Positions 10,484-21,010 of a DNA stretch of 64,000 nt are shown piece after piece. Both the position numbers and the translations under genes were made by a program. Within the stretch, counting starts at the first letter, position 1. Each line of letters opens with the position of its first letter. Source of the stretch: an uncultured delta proteobacterium (GTDB lineage Bacteria; Desulfobacterota; Syntrophia; Syntrophales; UBA5619); the NCBI GenBank assembly GCA_963817385.1, contig CAWFOM010000016.1, forward strand, positions 96,001 to 160,000. The letters are read 5' to 3'. The notes beneath the pieces are model-generated. The model worked only from the letters and a program-made list of their open reading frames with translations. It did not search any database and was not told the origin of the DNA.

Positions 10484-12172
10484 GTGAAAGACATCTATGA
10501 TCAGAAGCCTTGGCTGAAGTTTTATGACAAAGGGGTGCCGCCGACACTGGAATATCCCACCATTTCCTACCCGGAATTTATCAGGGAAGCCTTTGATAAG
10601 GTACCGGACAGGGTCGCGCTCTACTACATGGGGAATCGCATAAATTACCGCGAACTTGACACGCTTTCCAGCCAGTTTGCCCACTTTCTGGCAGAGAACG
10701 GCTGTCGGCCCGGAGATGCCGTGGGCGTCCATCTGCCCAACATCCCTGCCTGTTACATCGCCTGTCTCGGCATCCTGAAGGCAGGCTGTGTCTATACCGG
10801 CGTAAACGTTCTGATGAGCCCCGATGAGCTCGGGCAACAGATCAATGACGCCGGGGTCAAGATCCTCCTGACCCTCGATGCCCTCTTCGAGAGGGTGGGC
10901 AAAGTGGTCGAGAAGACGGGGATTAAGACCATAGTGGTCGCATCCATTGCCGACTTTTTCCCCCCTTTCAAGAAGGCCCTGGGGACGTTGCTCAAGAAGA
11001 TCCCCACCGGAAAAGTCGGTTCTCTGCCGGGGATCAAGGTGGTCCGTTTTTCGCAGGCCCTCGAGGGCATGCCGCGCAATTTACCGGCAGTACACGTGAA
11101 TCCCGAGGCCCCCTGCTTCATGATGTACACCGGAGGGACGACCGGGCGTCCCAAAGGGGCCGTTCTGACCCATCGAAATGTGGTTCGCCACATGGTGCAG
11201 AACAACACCTGGCTGGGATTGACGATTGGGGCGCACACGACGCTTTGTCCTTATCCGATGTTCCACGTGGCCGGTTGCTTTATCGCGATGGCCTGTATCG
11301 CACTGGGAAATTCCCTGGTCTTGGTGCTCAACCCGCGAGACCTCAAGTCTCTGATATCGGCCATCCGAAAATACAAGCCCACTTCCATACTGGCCGTCCC
11401 TACCATCTATCTGGAATTGATGAAAATGCCCCAATTCCGCGCCCTCGATTTTTCCGGAATCGAATACTTCATCAGCGGATCAGCCCCGTTTCCTACTGAA
11501 AACATCAATGAATTTGAAGCACTGGTCGGGAACAAGCTCATCGAAGGCTATGGATTGACCGAGGCGACTACGCTGATCACCTCGCTTCCCCATCGCGGCC
11601 TGAAGAAGGCGGGGTCCGTTGGGATTCCGCTGAGCGATACCGAGGTAAAGCTTGTGGATCCGGAGTCGGGGCAGGTGGTTCCTTTGGGAGAAGCGGGAGA
11701 GATTGTGGCCAGGGGACCTCAAGTATTCCAAGGATACCACAACCAACATGAGGAGACGGCCCGCACCGTCCGGGAGGGGTGGCTTTATACGGGCGATATC
11801 GCCGAAATGGACCAGGACGGATACTTCACCATCGTCGACAGGGTCAAGGATATGGTGAACGTTTCCGGTTTCAAGGTCTTCACCCGGGTGGTTGACGAGG
11901 TTCTGGTCCGGCATCCAGATGTGGACAGCGCCGCGACCGTCGGCCTGCCGGATCCGAACCGCCCCGGCTCCGAGATTGTGGCCAGCGCCATTGTTCTGAA
12001 GGCGGGACGTGAAAAAAACGAAGCGATGAAGCAGGAGATCATCGCCTACATGAAGGGAAAAGTGGCCCCCTACAAAGTTCCCCGGGTGATCGAGTTCATG
12101 GATCAACTGCCGCTCAGCCCCATCGGAAAGGTGTTGAAGCGGGAGCTCCGTAAGATGATTTCAGCCGGGTAG
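10484..12172 (+). CDS. Long-chain acyl-CoA synthetase (AMP-binding)
   Basis: YTGGTTGRPKG, EGYGLTE, WLYTGD, IVDRVKD, GKVLK; GTG after GGAGGAG. Confidence 0.93.
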   Translation: MKDIYDQKPWLKFYDKGVPPTLEYPTISYPEFIREAFDKVPDRVALYYMGNRINYRELDTLSSQFAHFLAENGCRPGDAVGVHLPNIPACYIACLGILKAGCVYTGVNVLMSPDELGQQINDAGVKILLTLDALFERVGKVVEKTGIKTIVVASIADFFPPFKKALGTLLKKIPTGKVGSLPGIKVVRFSQALEGMPRNLPAVHVNPEAPCFMMYTGGTTGRPKGAVLTHRNVVRHMVQNNTWLGLTIGAHTTLCPYPMFHVAGCFIAMACIALGNSLVLVLNPRDLKSLISAIRKYKPTSILAVPTIYLELMKMPQFRALDFSGIEYFISGSAPFPTENINEFEALVGNKLIEGYGLTEATTLITSLPHRGLKKAGSVGIPLSDTEVKLVDPESGQVVPLGEAGEIVARGPQVFQGYHNQHEETARTVREGWLYTGDIAEMDQDGYFTIVDRVKDMVNVSGFKVFTRVVDEVLVRHPDVDSAATVGLPDPNRPGSEIVASAIVLKAGREKNEAMKQEIIAYMKGKVAPYKVPRVIEFMDQLPLSPIGKVLKRELRKMISAG

Positions 12173-12227
12173 GGGACAGTCCTACGTTGTCGCTGCTTGA
12201 CCGTCAAAACAGGAAAGGGAGAATCCG

Positions 12228-12713
12228 GTGAGCGAGAATATTCAACCCCGGCAACTCAAGCGGCAAACGCTTGGTTCATTCCTGCCGCTCTTTAAGACGC
12301 TCATTCCGCCTGAGCCTGCCGCACTTGCGGGCATTTACCAGGCGGAATTCGTCGGACCGGCATGGCTGCGCAAGACCGCGCCGCTCAGCCTCGCGCTCGG
12401 CGGTCTATCCGGCTGGTGGGGCAAGGCGTTCGATGGACGGGGTCATGGCGATAATATCATCCGGCGCCGCGGATCTTTCATGCGCGTCCTGCCGATGGTC
12501 GTCCGTTCCGCTCCGTCACACCTGGACGGGAAAGAGGGGATCACCATATCCTACCCCACCGGCTCCTCTTTCCCGTGGCCGTGGATTGTTGATGAAGTGC
12601 GCCTGTTAGGCCCGACAACGTTGCTTGGCATGACGCTTGTCACTCTCAACTGGGCGCCCAAAGTCGCGTTTCCGTTTCTCTTACACCGCCGGGAGAGTAT
12701 CAATGGACTATGA
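12228..12713 (+). CDS. Hypothetical protein (161 aa)
   Basis: RBS GGAG then GTG; Trp-rich pattern WWGKAFDG...SHLDGK...YP...WPWIVDEVR; same strand as the upstream ligase. Confidence 0.7.
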   Translation: MSENIQPRQLKRQTLGSFLPLFKTLIPPEPAALAGIYQAEFVGPAWLRKTAPLSLALGGLSGWWGKAFDGRGHGDNIIRRRGSFMRVLPMVVRSAPSHLDGKEGITISYPTGSSFPWPWIVDEVRLLGPTTLLGMTLVTLNWAPKVAFPFLLHRRESINGL

Positions 12714-12848
12714 CGATCTGGTCTATATCAGCACATCTCATCAATTGATTTGCCGGGGAAGGATCATTTGATGCGAATCTTCGCTCTGTGACCCGCCGTA
12801 ATCAAGCGGTTTTATGTGTCAAGGAGATTATGTTATGAGAAATTCTTC

Positions 12849-12877
12849 TTGACAGGCAAAACCGCTTTCCGTATCCT
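12849..12877 (+). promoter_or_regulatory. Sigma70-type promoter upstream of the MBL hydrolase
   Basis: TTGACA-N17-TATCCT. Confidence 0.5.
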
Positions 12878-13094
12878 CTCCCCACCCCGCCTGGGGTCAA
12901 TACCTCAGGCAGAATGCCGAAGTGGGTGCAATCATGTCCCAGGAAAATCGTATCCTCAAAGCCACGTCGTTCTCAGCACTGAGATGAGCCGGTCATACCG
13001 TACCACGGCTCCCGGACTTACGGCGCTGTCGCCTGTATATCTGCGGAAGAGGGGAATGTTTGACGTGTTAGAACAAATTCAGAAATAGGAGTGA

Positions 13095-14051
13095 ATGATG
13101 CACTTTGCGGATGGAATAACGATTACCACCCTGGTTGAGAATTATGTCGACATGCTCATTCCGAATACGGAGCGGATCAAGAGACCGGGACTCGCGTTCC
13201 ACTTTGACCCGCGGAACAAGCCGATCCAGGCGGAGAACGGGATTTCCTTGCTGGTCGATATTTCCTTCGCCGGTCAAAATTACCGGATCCTTTTCGATGC
13301 CGGATTGAGTGATTCGGTGATCCTTCACAACATGTCAGCGTTGAAGATCTCCCCGGATATCATTGACCACGCAGTCATCAGTCATGGCCACCCTGACCAT
13401 TACGGGGGATTGCTGGCCGTGTTAAAGGCCCGGAGTGTTCCGCTTCCCGTCATCATCCATCCCAATGCCTTTCTGACTCGGTATGTGGTTGCCGGAAACG
13501 GCTGGGTGATACCTTATTACAATCAATCACTGCGCAAAGAGGAACTGGAAGCCGCAGGAGGGAGGTTAGTGCTGGCAGCCAATCCCGTACAGATGGGGCC
13601 GGCCGCTTTCACCACGGGCGAAATTCCCCTTAAGACGCCTTTTGAACCCCCCGGACCGCCCTCGGGAACCCCGTCCAGCCTCAGATGCCTAAAAAACGGA
13701 AAGTTCGAAGAAGATGAAACCGCCGATGATCTCGCCCTGATTGTCTGTCTGAAAGACAAAGGGCTGGTCGTCGTCGCCGGGTGCGCCCATGCCGGAATCA
13801 TCAATACGATACGCCAGGCCCAGGCGGTCACCGGTGTAGAGAAGATACATGCGATCTTTGGCGGTTTTCACCTGGGATTTCCGGGAATTCCCGAAGAGAA
13901 ATCGGACAAGACCATCGAGGAGCTGAAACGTCTGAAGCCCGCTATTGTATCGCCCATGCACTGCAGCGGCTTCAAGACTCTGGCTGCGGTGGCCAGGGAG
14001 ATGCCAGAAGCTTTCTTGCTCAACACGGCCGGTGCGCAAATTACGCTTTAA
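13095..14051 (+). CDS. MBL-fold metallo-hydrolase (MJ0301/COG1237-like)
   Basis: ILFDAG, ISHGHPDHYGG, GCAHAG, GGFHL, PMHCSG. Confidence 0.88.
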   Translation: MMHFADGITITTLVENYVDMLIPNTERIKRPGLAFHFDPRNKPIQAENGISLLVDISFAGQNYRILFDAGLSDSVILHNMSALKISPDIIDHAVISHGHPDHYGGLLAVLKARSVPLPVIIHPNAFLTRYVVAGNGWVIPYYNQSLRKEELEAAGGRLVLAANPVQMGPAAFTTGEIPLKTPFEPPGPPSGTPSSLRCLKNGKFEEDETADDLALIVCLKDKGLVVVAGCAHAGIINTIRQAQAVTGVEKIHAIFGGFHLGFPGIPEEKSDKTIEELKRLKPAIVSPMHCSGFKTLAAVAREMPEAFLLNTAGAQITL

Positions 14052-14220
14052 TGCAGATAAAGCGGGGAGCTTTTTTATCCCTTGTCCAGTTTTGAGCGGA
14101 CAGGGGTGAGCCGCATCATAGGCCCAAAGTGTCCTTTGAAAGAGATGGCCGGATCGGCGTGATATGGTTTTTGGGGATCCCCGCTCCTGGGAAAAGGAGC
14201 CTGCTTATGAGAAAGGAGAG

Positions 14221-15932
14221 ATGATGATGGCCGAGGAGAGATTCTGGACGAAATCCTACGATCCGGGGTTAACCGACATCGACCCCGTCCACTGGGAAAA
14301 GTCTTACGTCGATGCGGTCGCCCCCATCTTCAAGAAATTCCCCGCCAAGCCGGCCTTCGCCTTCATGGGGGTGGAGGTGACCTTCGCCGAACTGGATCGC
14401 TACGCCAACCGATTCGCCCACATGCTGCTGGCGCAGGGACTCAAGAAGGGCGACGTGGTGGGCATCAACCTCCCCAACATCCCGGAATACGTCATCGCCT
14501 GGCTGGGGATCCTCCGGGCGGGGTGCGTCGTTTCCGGCGTTTCTCCTCTTCTCTCCGCCGAGGAGATGAAATACCAGCTCAAGGATTCCAATGCCGTGGG
14601 GCTGGTGACCCTCGATGCCATCTTCGCCGCACGGCTCACGAAAATCGTTGCCGATCTTCCGGATCTGAAGGTCGTGGCAACAACCAGCGTGGGGGGCTTC
14701 CTTCCGGCGATCAAAAGGGTCCTGGGCCGGCTTCTGAAAAAGATACCCCAGGGGAAGGTTACCCCGCTGCCGGGGAGATACGTCGCCGACATGATCAAGG
14801 TCATCCGGGGAGGTGCGTTCTCCGCCGAACGTCCCGCGGTGACGGTGACCCCCGACGATATCGCCTACATCCAGTACACCGGCGGGACCACCGGCAGCCC
14901 CAAAGGCGCCATGCTCACCCATCGCAACGCCGTCGCCGATCTCCTGATCGTCCAGACCTGGCTGAGCTGGGAGGAGGGCAAGGGATTGGCCCTCTCGGGA
15001 TTTCCTTTCTTCCACATCGCCGGGCTCTTCTTCAACGCGAACTGCATCTACCTGGGCTGGACGCAGATCCTGATCCCCAATCCCCGGGATACCGACCACA
15101 TCTGCAAGGAGCTGGCCAAGTACCGGCCGACGGCCCTGGTCAACGTGCCCTCGCTCTTCCAGATGCTCATCGCCAATCCCCGATTCAAGGAACTGGACCA
15201 CTCCCGCCTGCTGGCCTGCATCTCCGCCGCCGCCCCCTTCCCCGAGGAGTCCCAGCGGGAGTTGGAGAAGATCGTCGGCCGGGGGAAGCTCCTGGAGGTG
15301 TACGGGATGACCGAGACATCGCCGCTGACCACCATGAACCCCGACAAGAGAGAGCGGAAGCTGGGTTCCATCGGGCTTCCGCTGCTCAATACCGACATCA
15401 GGCTGGTCGATCCCGGGACGGGCCGGAGGGTGGCGGTGGGCGAGCCGGGAGAGATATGCGTCAAGGGGCCGCAGGTCATGGCCGGCTATTACAATAAACC
15501 CGATGAGACCCGGCAGGTCTTCGATGCGGACGGCTATCTCCATACCGGCGACGTGGCCGTCCAGGACGAGGCGGGCTACCTGCGGATTGTCGACCGGACC
15601 AAGGACATGCTCATCGTGGGCGGCTTCAAGGTCTTCTCCAAGAAGGTGGAGGAGGTCATGGTGGAGCATCCGGCGATCGACATGATCGCGATCATCGGTA
15701 CTCCCCAATCCCGAGCGTCCCGGCTCGGAACACGTCAAGGCGGTCGTCACCCTCAAGCCGGACTTCGCCTCCGGCGGCGACCAGGAGGCGCTGAAGGCCG
15801 ACATCCTGAAGATGGCCCGGGAGAGGCTTTCTCCCTACGAGGTGCCGAAGATATATTGACATCCGAAAGGAATTGCCCCTCACCGTCGTGGGCAAGATCG
15901 ACAAGAAGGTCCTGCGGAAAGAGGCGATATAG
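14221..15932 (+). CDS. Long-chain acyl-CoA synthetase (two +1 frameshifts near 15703 and 15853)
   Basis: YTGGTTGSPKG, YGMTE, YLHTGD; C-terminus recovered in shifted frames (PNPERPGSEHVKA...PYEVPK...ELPLTVVGKIDKKVLR) ending TAG 15930-15932. Confidence 0.9.
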
Positions 15933-15952
15933 TCGGGGGACGACGTTTCATT

Positions 15953-16055
15953 TCTCGAAAAAAGTCGATTTTGCCCTATGTTGTCATTCCGTGCTTGACA
16001 CGGAATCCCGTGTAAAAAAAACTAATCATGGACTCCTGCTTTCGCAGGAGTGACA
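15953..16055. repeat. REP/BIME-like inverted pair of hairpins
   Basis: TGTCATTCCGTGCTTGACACGGAATCC and TGGACTCCTGCTTTCGCAGGAGTGACA in inverted arrangement; preceded by TCGAAAAAAGTCG, which resembles the ends of the 32670 element. Confidence 0.7.
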
Positions 16056-16097
16056 AGGCGGGTGTACGTTTCAAAGCAGGCCTCTCGAAGGAGACAT

Positions 16098-17202
16098 ATG
16101 GACCCCAAATTAGGAGATCTGGTTCACCGTCACAAGGAGATCGCGCGGGAGGAGAAAGAGAAAAACGGGCGTCTGGTATTTGGAACGCTCTGCTCTTATG
16201 TTCCCGTCGAGATTCTGCATGCCTTCGATATCCTGCCGGTCAGGCTTTGGGGCGATGGCAAGAACCATGAACGGGCAGACGCGCTGCTGCCGACCTACAT
16301 CTGCCCCCCGGCAAGGAATATCATGGCGATGGGTCTGGCCGGTCACTATGATTTTCTGGATGGGGTGATCCACTCTTACACCTGCGACGCGACGTGCGGG
16401 TTGTTCAACATCTGGTGCCGCAATTTGAAACCGGCCTTTTCCTTCCTGCTGAGCCCTCCCTACATGAACACGGATGAGGCCGTCGCAGTACTGCATAGCG
16501 GAATTCAAGGCCCTGATTGCGGCCCTTGAGGATTATACGAAAAAACGGTTCTCGGCCGAGAGGCTTCAGGAGTCGATCAACCTCTATGATGCGGCCCGGG
16601 AGCGCATCGGTGCGATCTACCAGGCAAACCGAAACGGCGCGGCCGTCCGCTATCTTGATTTGTATCAGATGAATCTGGCGCTGCAGGTGTTGCCGATCGA
16701 AAGGGTTGTTCCCTTTTTCGACGGATACCTGTCGAATGTCCGGATGAGCCCCGGAAAAGGAGCGAAGCACCGGATCATGATATCCGGCAGCGTCATCTCC
16801 GATCCGGATATCCTGGCGCGGATCGAAGAGCTCGGGGGAGACATCGTTGCGGATGACACCTGCCTGGGATATCGGCTGGTGCAGGAGAGGGTTCCGCCGC
16901 GGGAAGACCCCCTGTCGGCGCTGGCCCACTATTATCTCGATCGCCCGCCCTGCAGTTCGAGGGCCGATTTCCCCGCGAGGAAGGACTATATCCTCAAGAC
17001 GATCTCCGCCTTTGACGTGAACGCCGTCATCTTCATGCACCAGAAGTTCTGCGAACCTCATCTGGCGGATCATCCCTTCCTGAAAAACGTGTTGACAGAA
17101 AAAGGGATTCCCCAGTTGCAGTTGGAATTGGACGGGGAAGGGCTGAGCGGACAGATTCAGACGCGGCTGGAAGGTTTTTTTGAAATGCTGGAGGCTCGGT
17201 AA
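16098..17202 (+). CDS. 2-hydroxyacyl-CoA dehydratase / BzdN-like subunit (HgdD family; +1 frameshift near 16487)
   Basis: GTLCSYVPVEILHAFDILPVR, YICP, TCD, VADDTC, KFCEPH, QIQTRLEGFFEM; split over ORFs 16050-16529 and 16474-17202. Confidence 0.88.
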
Positions 17203-18446
17203 TGGAAGAGAAGAAAACCCGGAAGCGGCTCCAGGCGAATACGGCTCTCAGGCAGATCATCATGGATTTCTATGCGGAGGGGCACAGGGCCAAGGCCGAA
17301 GGACGCCCCGTGATCTGGATCCCGCCGATGAACGGCCTGATCGAGCTTTTCTACGCCATGGGGATCACCCCGGTCTTCCCGGAAAACTGGGCGCCCCTCT
17401 GCGCCGCCATCGGCACCAGCCAAAAGAACTTCGAATATGCGGCCAACAGGGGTTTTTCGGGGGATCTCTGCGGGTATTTCCGGAACAACGTGGGCTATGC
17501 GCTGGACGGAATCAACGAGGAGAACCAGCCGCTGAACGGCCTTCCGGCGCCCGACTTCCTGATCTCCTTCGGGGCCGGCTGCATCCCCACCATGAAGGCC
17601 TTCCAGGTGATGTGCGATCACTTCAACGTCCCGGTTTTCCGAGCCGACCTTCCGCAGGTGGCCATGGAGAAGATCGAAAAACGTCATATCGCGTATGGGG
17701 TGGCCCAGATCAAGCGGCTGATCCGTTTCCTGGAGGATGAGACCGGCTTGAAATTCGATATCGATAAACTGCGGCAGGCCGTCATCCATACGAATGAGGC
17801 GTGCCGGCTCTGGGACGAGATCATGGCAACGCGCTCGACGGTCCCCTCCCCGTTTTCCGCCGCGGAGATCGGCATCATGTTTGTGATGGTGACCCGGCAC
17901 GGGACCGAAATCGCCGTGAATTTTCTGAAAGATGTCCTGCGGGAGGTCAAGGAGAAAGTGGCCCGGGGGGAAGGCGTGATCCCCCATGAGAAGATACGGC
18001 TCTTCTGGGACAACATCCCGCTCTGGTACAACATGCAGCTCTTCAACTACTTCGAGAAATGGGATGCCGTGGTGGTGGCGGAAACGTATACCTCCGCCTG
18101 GTCGCTGAGACTCAACCCCGATGAGCCGCTGGAGAGCATTGCCTACAAGTCCCTCGTCTCCTATCCGCTGGTCTCCTGCGTGTCGCTGAACAAGCGGATC
18201 GAGCTGATCACCAGGGCCGTCCGGGATTACAAGATCGACGGGGCCATTCTCCATTCGAACCGGAGCTGCAGGCCCATCTCGATGGGGCAGATGGACATCG
18301 GGCGGGTCCTTGCCGAGGAACTCTCCGTGCCCAGCGTCATGTTCGACGGCGACCATATGGATGGCGAGAAGTTCTCGATGGCCCAGTTTCAAACCCGGAT
18401 CGACGCCTTCATGGAGATGATTCTGGAGAAAAAGAGTGCTTCGTGA
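17202..18446 (+). CDS. 2-hydroxyacyl-CoA dehydratase / BzdO-like subunit (HgdD family)
   Basis: PVFPEN, DLCGY, PAPDFL, HSNRSC, QFQTRIDAFMEM; TAATG overlap with the upstream partner. Confidence 0.9.
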   Translation: MEEKKTRKRLQANTALRQIIMDFYAEGHRAKAEGRPVIWIPPMNGLIELFYAMGITPVFPENWAPLCAAIGTSQKNFEYAANRGFSGDLCGYFRNNVGYALDGINEENQPLNGLPAPDFLISFGAGCIPTMKAFQVMCDHFNVPVFRADLPQVAMEKIEKRHIAYGVAQIKRLIRFLEDETGLKFDIDKLRQAVIHTNEACRLWDEIMATRSTVPSPFSAAEIGIMFVMVTRHGTEIAVNFLKDVLREVKEKVARGEGVIPHEKIRLFWDNIPLWYNMQLFNYFEKWDAVVVAETYTSAWSLRLNPDEPLESIAYKSLVSYPLVSCVSLNKRIELITRAVRDYKIDGAILHSNRSCRPISMGQMDIGRVLAEELSVPSVMFDGDHMDGEKFSMAQFQTRIDAFMEMILEKKSAS

Positions 18447-18515
18447 TCAGCGAAGAGTGGCGGCGCAGTACAGCCGGGTCGATCAGGGATTTCATTTCAA
18501 TATCAACAATGCCTT

Positions 18516-19673
18516 TCAGGCGGCACTAAACCGGTCCAGACTGTCCCTGGCGATGAAGGCGCGCTGCATCTCCGAGGTGCCGTAGGCGAGCTCCGCGAAC
18601 CGGGCGTCGCGGTAGAGACGCTCCACGACGGCGCCTTTGAGATAACCGTGCCCGCCGTGGACCTGCATCGCCAGATCGGCGATCCTTCCTGCCGCCTCGC
18701 TCGTAAAGAGCTTCGCGCAGGAGGTGAGAACGGGGCCTTCCGGATCGTTCTGCTCCATCGCCCAGGCGGCCCGGCAGGTCATCATCCGGCCGATGTCGTT
18801 GAGCGTAAACATGGTGGCGAGCTTCGCCCCGACCCCTTCGAACAGGCCGATCGGTTTTCCGAACGCCTTTTTCGCCTTCGCGTGGCGCGTCGACTCCTCC
18901 ATGCAGGCCATGCCGACGCCCACGCACAGGACGGAGACGGCGAGTTTGATCTCTTCCAGGAGGGCCTGAATCCGGCCCCAGCCGTCGCCGACGGTTCCGC
19001 CGAGGAGGGCCTCGTCCGTCACCCGGCAGTTCTCCAGGCGGATCCCGGCGATCGGCGCGCCGCGGAGGCCCATCGTTTCCAGCGGCCTGCCGATCGTCAC
19101 CCCACTTGCTTTGCGGTCGATCAGAAAGAGGGTCATCCCCCGTTCCGGACCCGCTTCCCGGTCGGTCCAGGCGAGAACCAGAAAGAAATCGGCGAGCGGT
19201 GCGTTCGTTACGAGGTCCTTCTCTCCGTTCAGGATCCAGCCGCCGTCCTTACTCTCCGCGGCGGTTTGCATCCCGGCGAGGTCCGATCCCGCCTCCGCCT
19301 CCGTGCAGGCAAACGCGCCGATCCTCTCGCCCGCAGCGAGGAGCGGGAGATACCGTTCCCGCTGGGTATCCGTGCCGAAACGCTTCACGGCCCTCCCGAA
19401 AGCGATCGCCGAGGAGATGGCCGCGAGATAGGTCGAGGGGCAGGCTCGGGCCAGTTCTTCGCCGGCGACGCATGAACCGAGCAGGTCTCCTCCCAGCAGG
19501 AGATTCAGAAAGCCCGTACCGGCAAGCTTTTTCAGGTTGGTCCTCATCCGGGCGGCGGCCTCTTCCGGGGGGGCCTCGTCGAAGAGGGCGGCGCCCGGAG
19601 CGATCTCCTCCCGGCAGAACCGCCCCATCTCCGCCTGCAAGCCCCTGTGCGCATCCGACAGTTCGTAATTCAT
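18516..19673 (-). CDS. Acyl-CoA dehydrogenase family protein, no canonical catalytic Glu
   Basis: ACTEAEAGSD, WILNGEK, FGKPI, QVHGGHGY, ERLYRDA, AYGTSEMQR. Confidence 0.9.
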   Translation of the reverse strand: MNYELSDAHRGLQAEMGRFCREEIAPGAALFDEAPPEEAAARMRTNLKKLAGTGFLNLLLGGDLLGSCVAGEELARACPSTYLAAISSAIAFGRAVKRFGTDTQRERYLPLLAAGERIGAFACTEAEAGSDLAGMQTAAESKDGGWILNGEKDLVTNAPLADFFLVLAWTDREAGPERGMTLFLIDRKASGVTIGRPLETMGLRGAPIAGIRLENCRVTDEALLGGTVGDGWGRIQALLEEIKLAVSVLCVGVGMACMEESTRHAKAKKAFGKPIGLFEGVGAKLATMFTLNDIGRMMTCRAAWAMEQNDPEGPVLTSCAKLFTSEAAGRIADLAMQVHGGHGYLKGAVVERLYRDARFAELAYGTSEMQRAFIARDSLDRFSAA

Positions 19674-19686
19674 CGCGCTTTCTCCT

Positions 19687-19848
19687 TCTTACATCGAAAC
19701 CTTTCAGCCACGTGGAGATCGGATCCCGGAAGCGCGCATTGGAGATTTTTCGGGGCACCCTGCCTCCCGCAGCGTAGCGAGGAGGCGCAGGGTCGAAAAA
19801 TGTCCAGCGCGACGGAGGCGATCGCGATCTCCAAGCGGATCTTACATC
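19687..19848. mobile_element. Small palindromic insertion element with 9-bp direct repeats (TCTTACATC)
   Basis: Direct repeats at 19687-19695 and 19840-19848 flank a nested imperfect inverted repeat (19713-19833). Confidence 0.6.
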
Positions 19849-20990
19849 ATCATGAACCGGGCGACGATCATCCGCATGATGTCGGATGTGCCCCCGCCCA
19901 GTTGGCCCAGCTTCGCGTCCCGCATGATCCTCTCCACGGGATACTCGTGGATGTAGCCGTAGCCGCCGAAGAGATCCACCCCCTCCGACGCCGTTTCGAA
20001 CCCCCGGTCGCCGACATACATCTTGTTCACGGCGGCGGTGAGCGGGTTGAGCGCCACGCCGCTGTCCTTGGAGGCGGCGATCCGATATATGGCGAGCCGG
20101 GCGGCCTCGATGTAGACCTTCATGTCGGCGATCCGGTTCTGGATGGACTGGAACTCCCGGATGGGCCGGTTGAAGGCCCGCCGCTGGTTGGCATAGCGGG
20201 CGCAGCTCTCCAGCATGAAGGTGTGGCCGCCGAGGAACGGGGCGATCAGGGTGCTCCGGTCCCACTCCACGCCTCCCAGGGCGATCAGCCAGCCGTTCCC
20301 CTCGCCCCCCAGGCAGTTCTCGACGGGGACCTCGCACTCCTCGAGAAAGATCTCCGAGGTTGCGGATGCCCGGCAGCCCATCTTGTGCATCGGCTTTCCG
20401 GTGGAGATCCCCGGGAAGCCCCGCTCCACGATGAAGGTCGTGATCCCCTTGTGCTTCTTCTCCTTGTCGAGGGTCGCGAAGATGATGAAGACCTCGGAGA
20501 GAGGGGCGTTGGTGATGAAGGTCTTCGAGCCGTTGAGGATGTATTTGTCTCCCTTGCGGACCGCGGTGGTGGTCAGCGCCGCGGCGTCGGAGCCGCAGCC
20601 CGGTTCGGTGAGCCCCATGCAGCCGATCCATTCGCCGGTGGCGAGCTTCGGGAGGTACTTCTCCTTCTGCGCCTCGGTACCGTGCTGCAGGATGTTGGCC
20701 GCGCAGAGGTAGGTGTGGGCGCCCCAGGCGAGGATGTGGCCGCCGTCGACGCCGGCATGGCCGACCGCTTCGCCGGCGAGGCAGCAGGTGACGAAATCCG
20801 CCCCGCCGCCGCCGTACTTTTCCGGCACGGGAAGGCCGAGAAGTCCCATCTCGCCGAATTTCCGCCAGACATCGAAGTTGAATTCTCCCTTCAGGTCGGC
20901 CTCCTCGCACAGGGGGGCGATCTGGCTCTTCGCAAACCGATAGACGGTCTCCCGGAACATCTTCTGTTCGTCGCTGATCGAGAAATCCAT
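19842..20990 (-). CDS. Acyl-CoA dehydrogenase, isovaleryl-CoA dehydrogenase-like
   Basis: GLTEPGCGSDA, LNGSKTFITN, KMGCRASAT, FGGYGY, GGGTSDIMR. Confidence 0.92.
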   Translation of the reverse strand: MDFSISDEQKMFRETVYRFAKSQIAPLCEEADLKGEFNFDVWRKFGEMGLLGLPVPEKYGGGGADFVTCCLAGEAVGHAGVDGGHILAWGAHTYLCAANILQHGTEAQKEKYLPKLATGEWIGCMGLTEPGCGSDAAALTTTAVRKGDKYILNGSKTFITNAPLSEVFIIFATLDKEKKHKGITTFIVERGFPGISTGKPMHKMGCRASATSEIFLEECEVPVENCLGGEGNGWLIALGGVEWDRSTLIAPFLGGHTFMLESCARYANQRRAFNRPIREFQSIQNRIADMKVYIEAARLAIYRIAASKDSGVALNPLTAAVNKMYVGDRGFETASEGVDLFGGYGYIHEYPVERIMRDAKLGQLGGGTSDIMRMIVARFMMM

Positions 20991-21010
20991 AAAGGCTCCT
21001 TTGCTGACTT

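Noticed and set aside
12880..13090. Possible riboswitch in the leader of the MBL hydrolase (CTGGG...CCCAG pairing)
   Set aside because: No conserved aptamer motifs that I can match; pairing is weak
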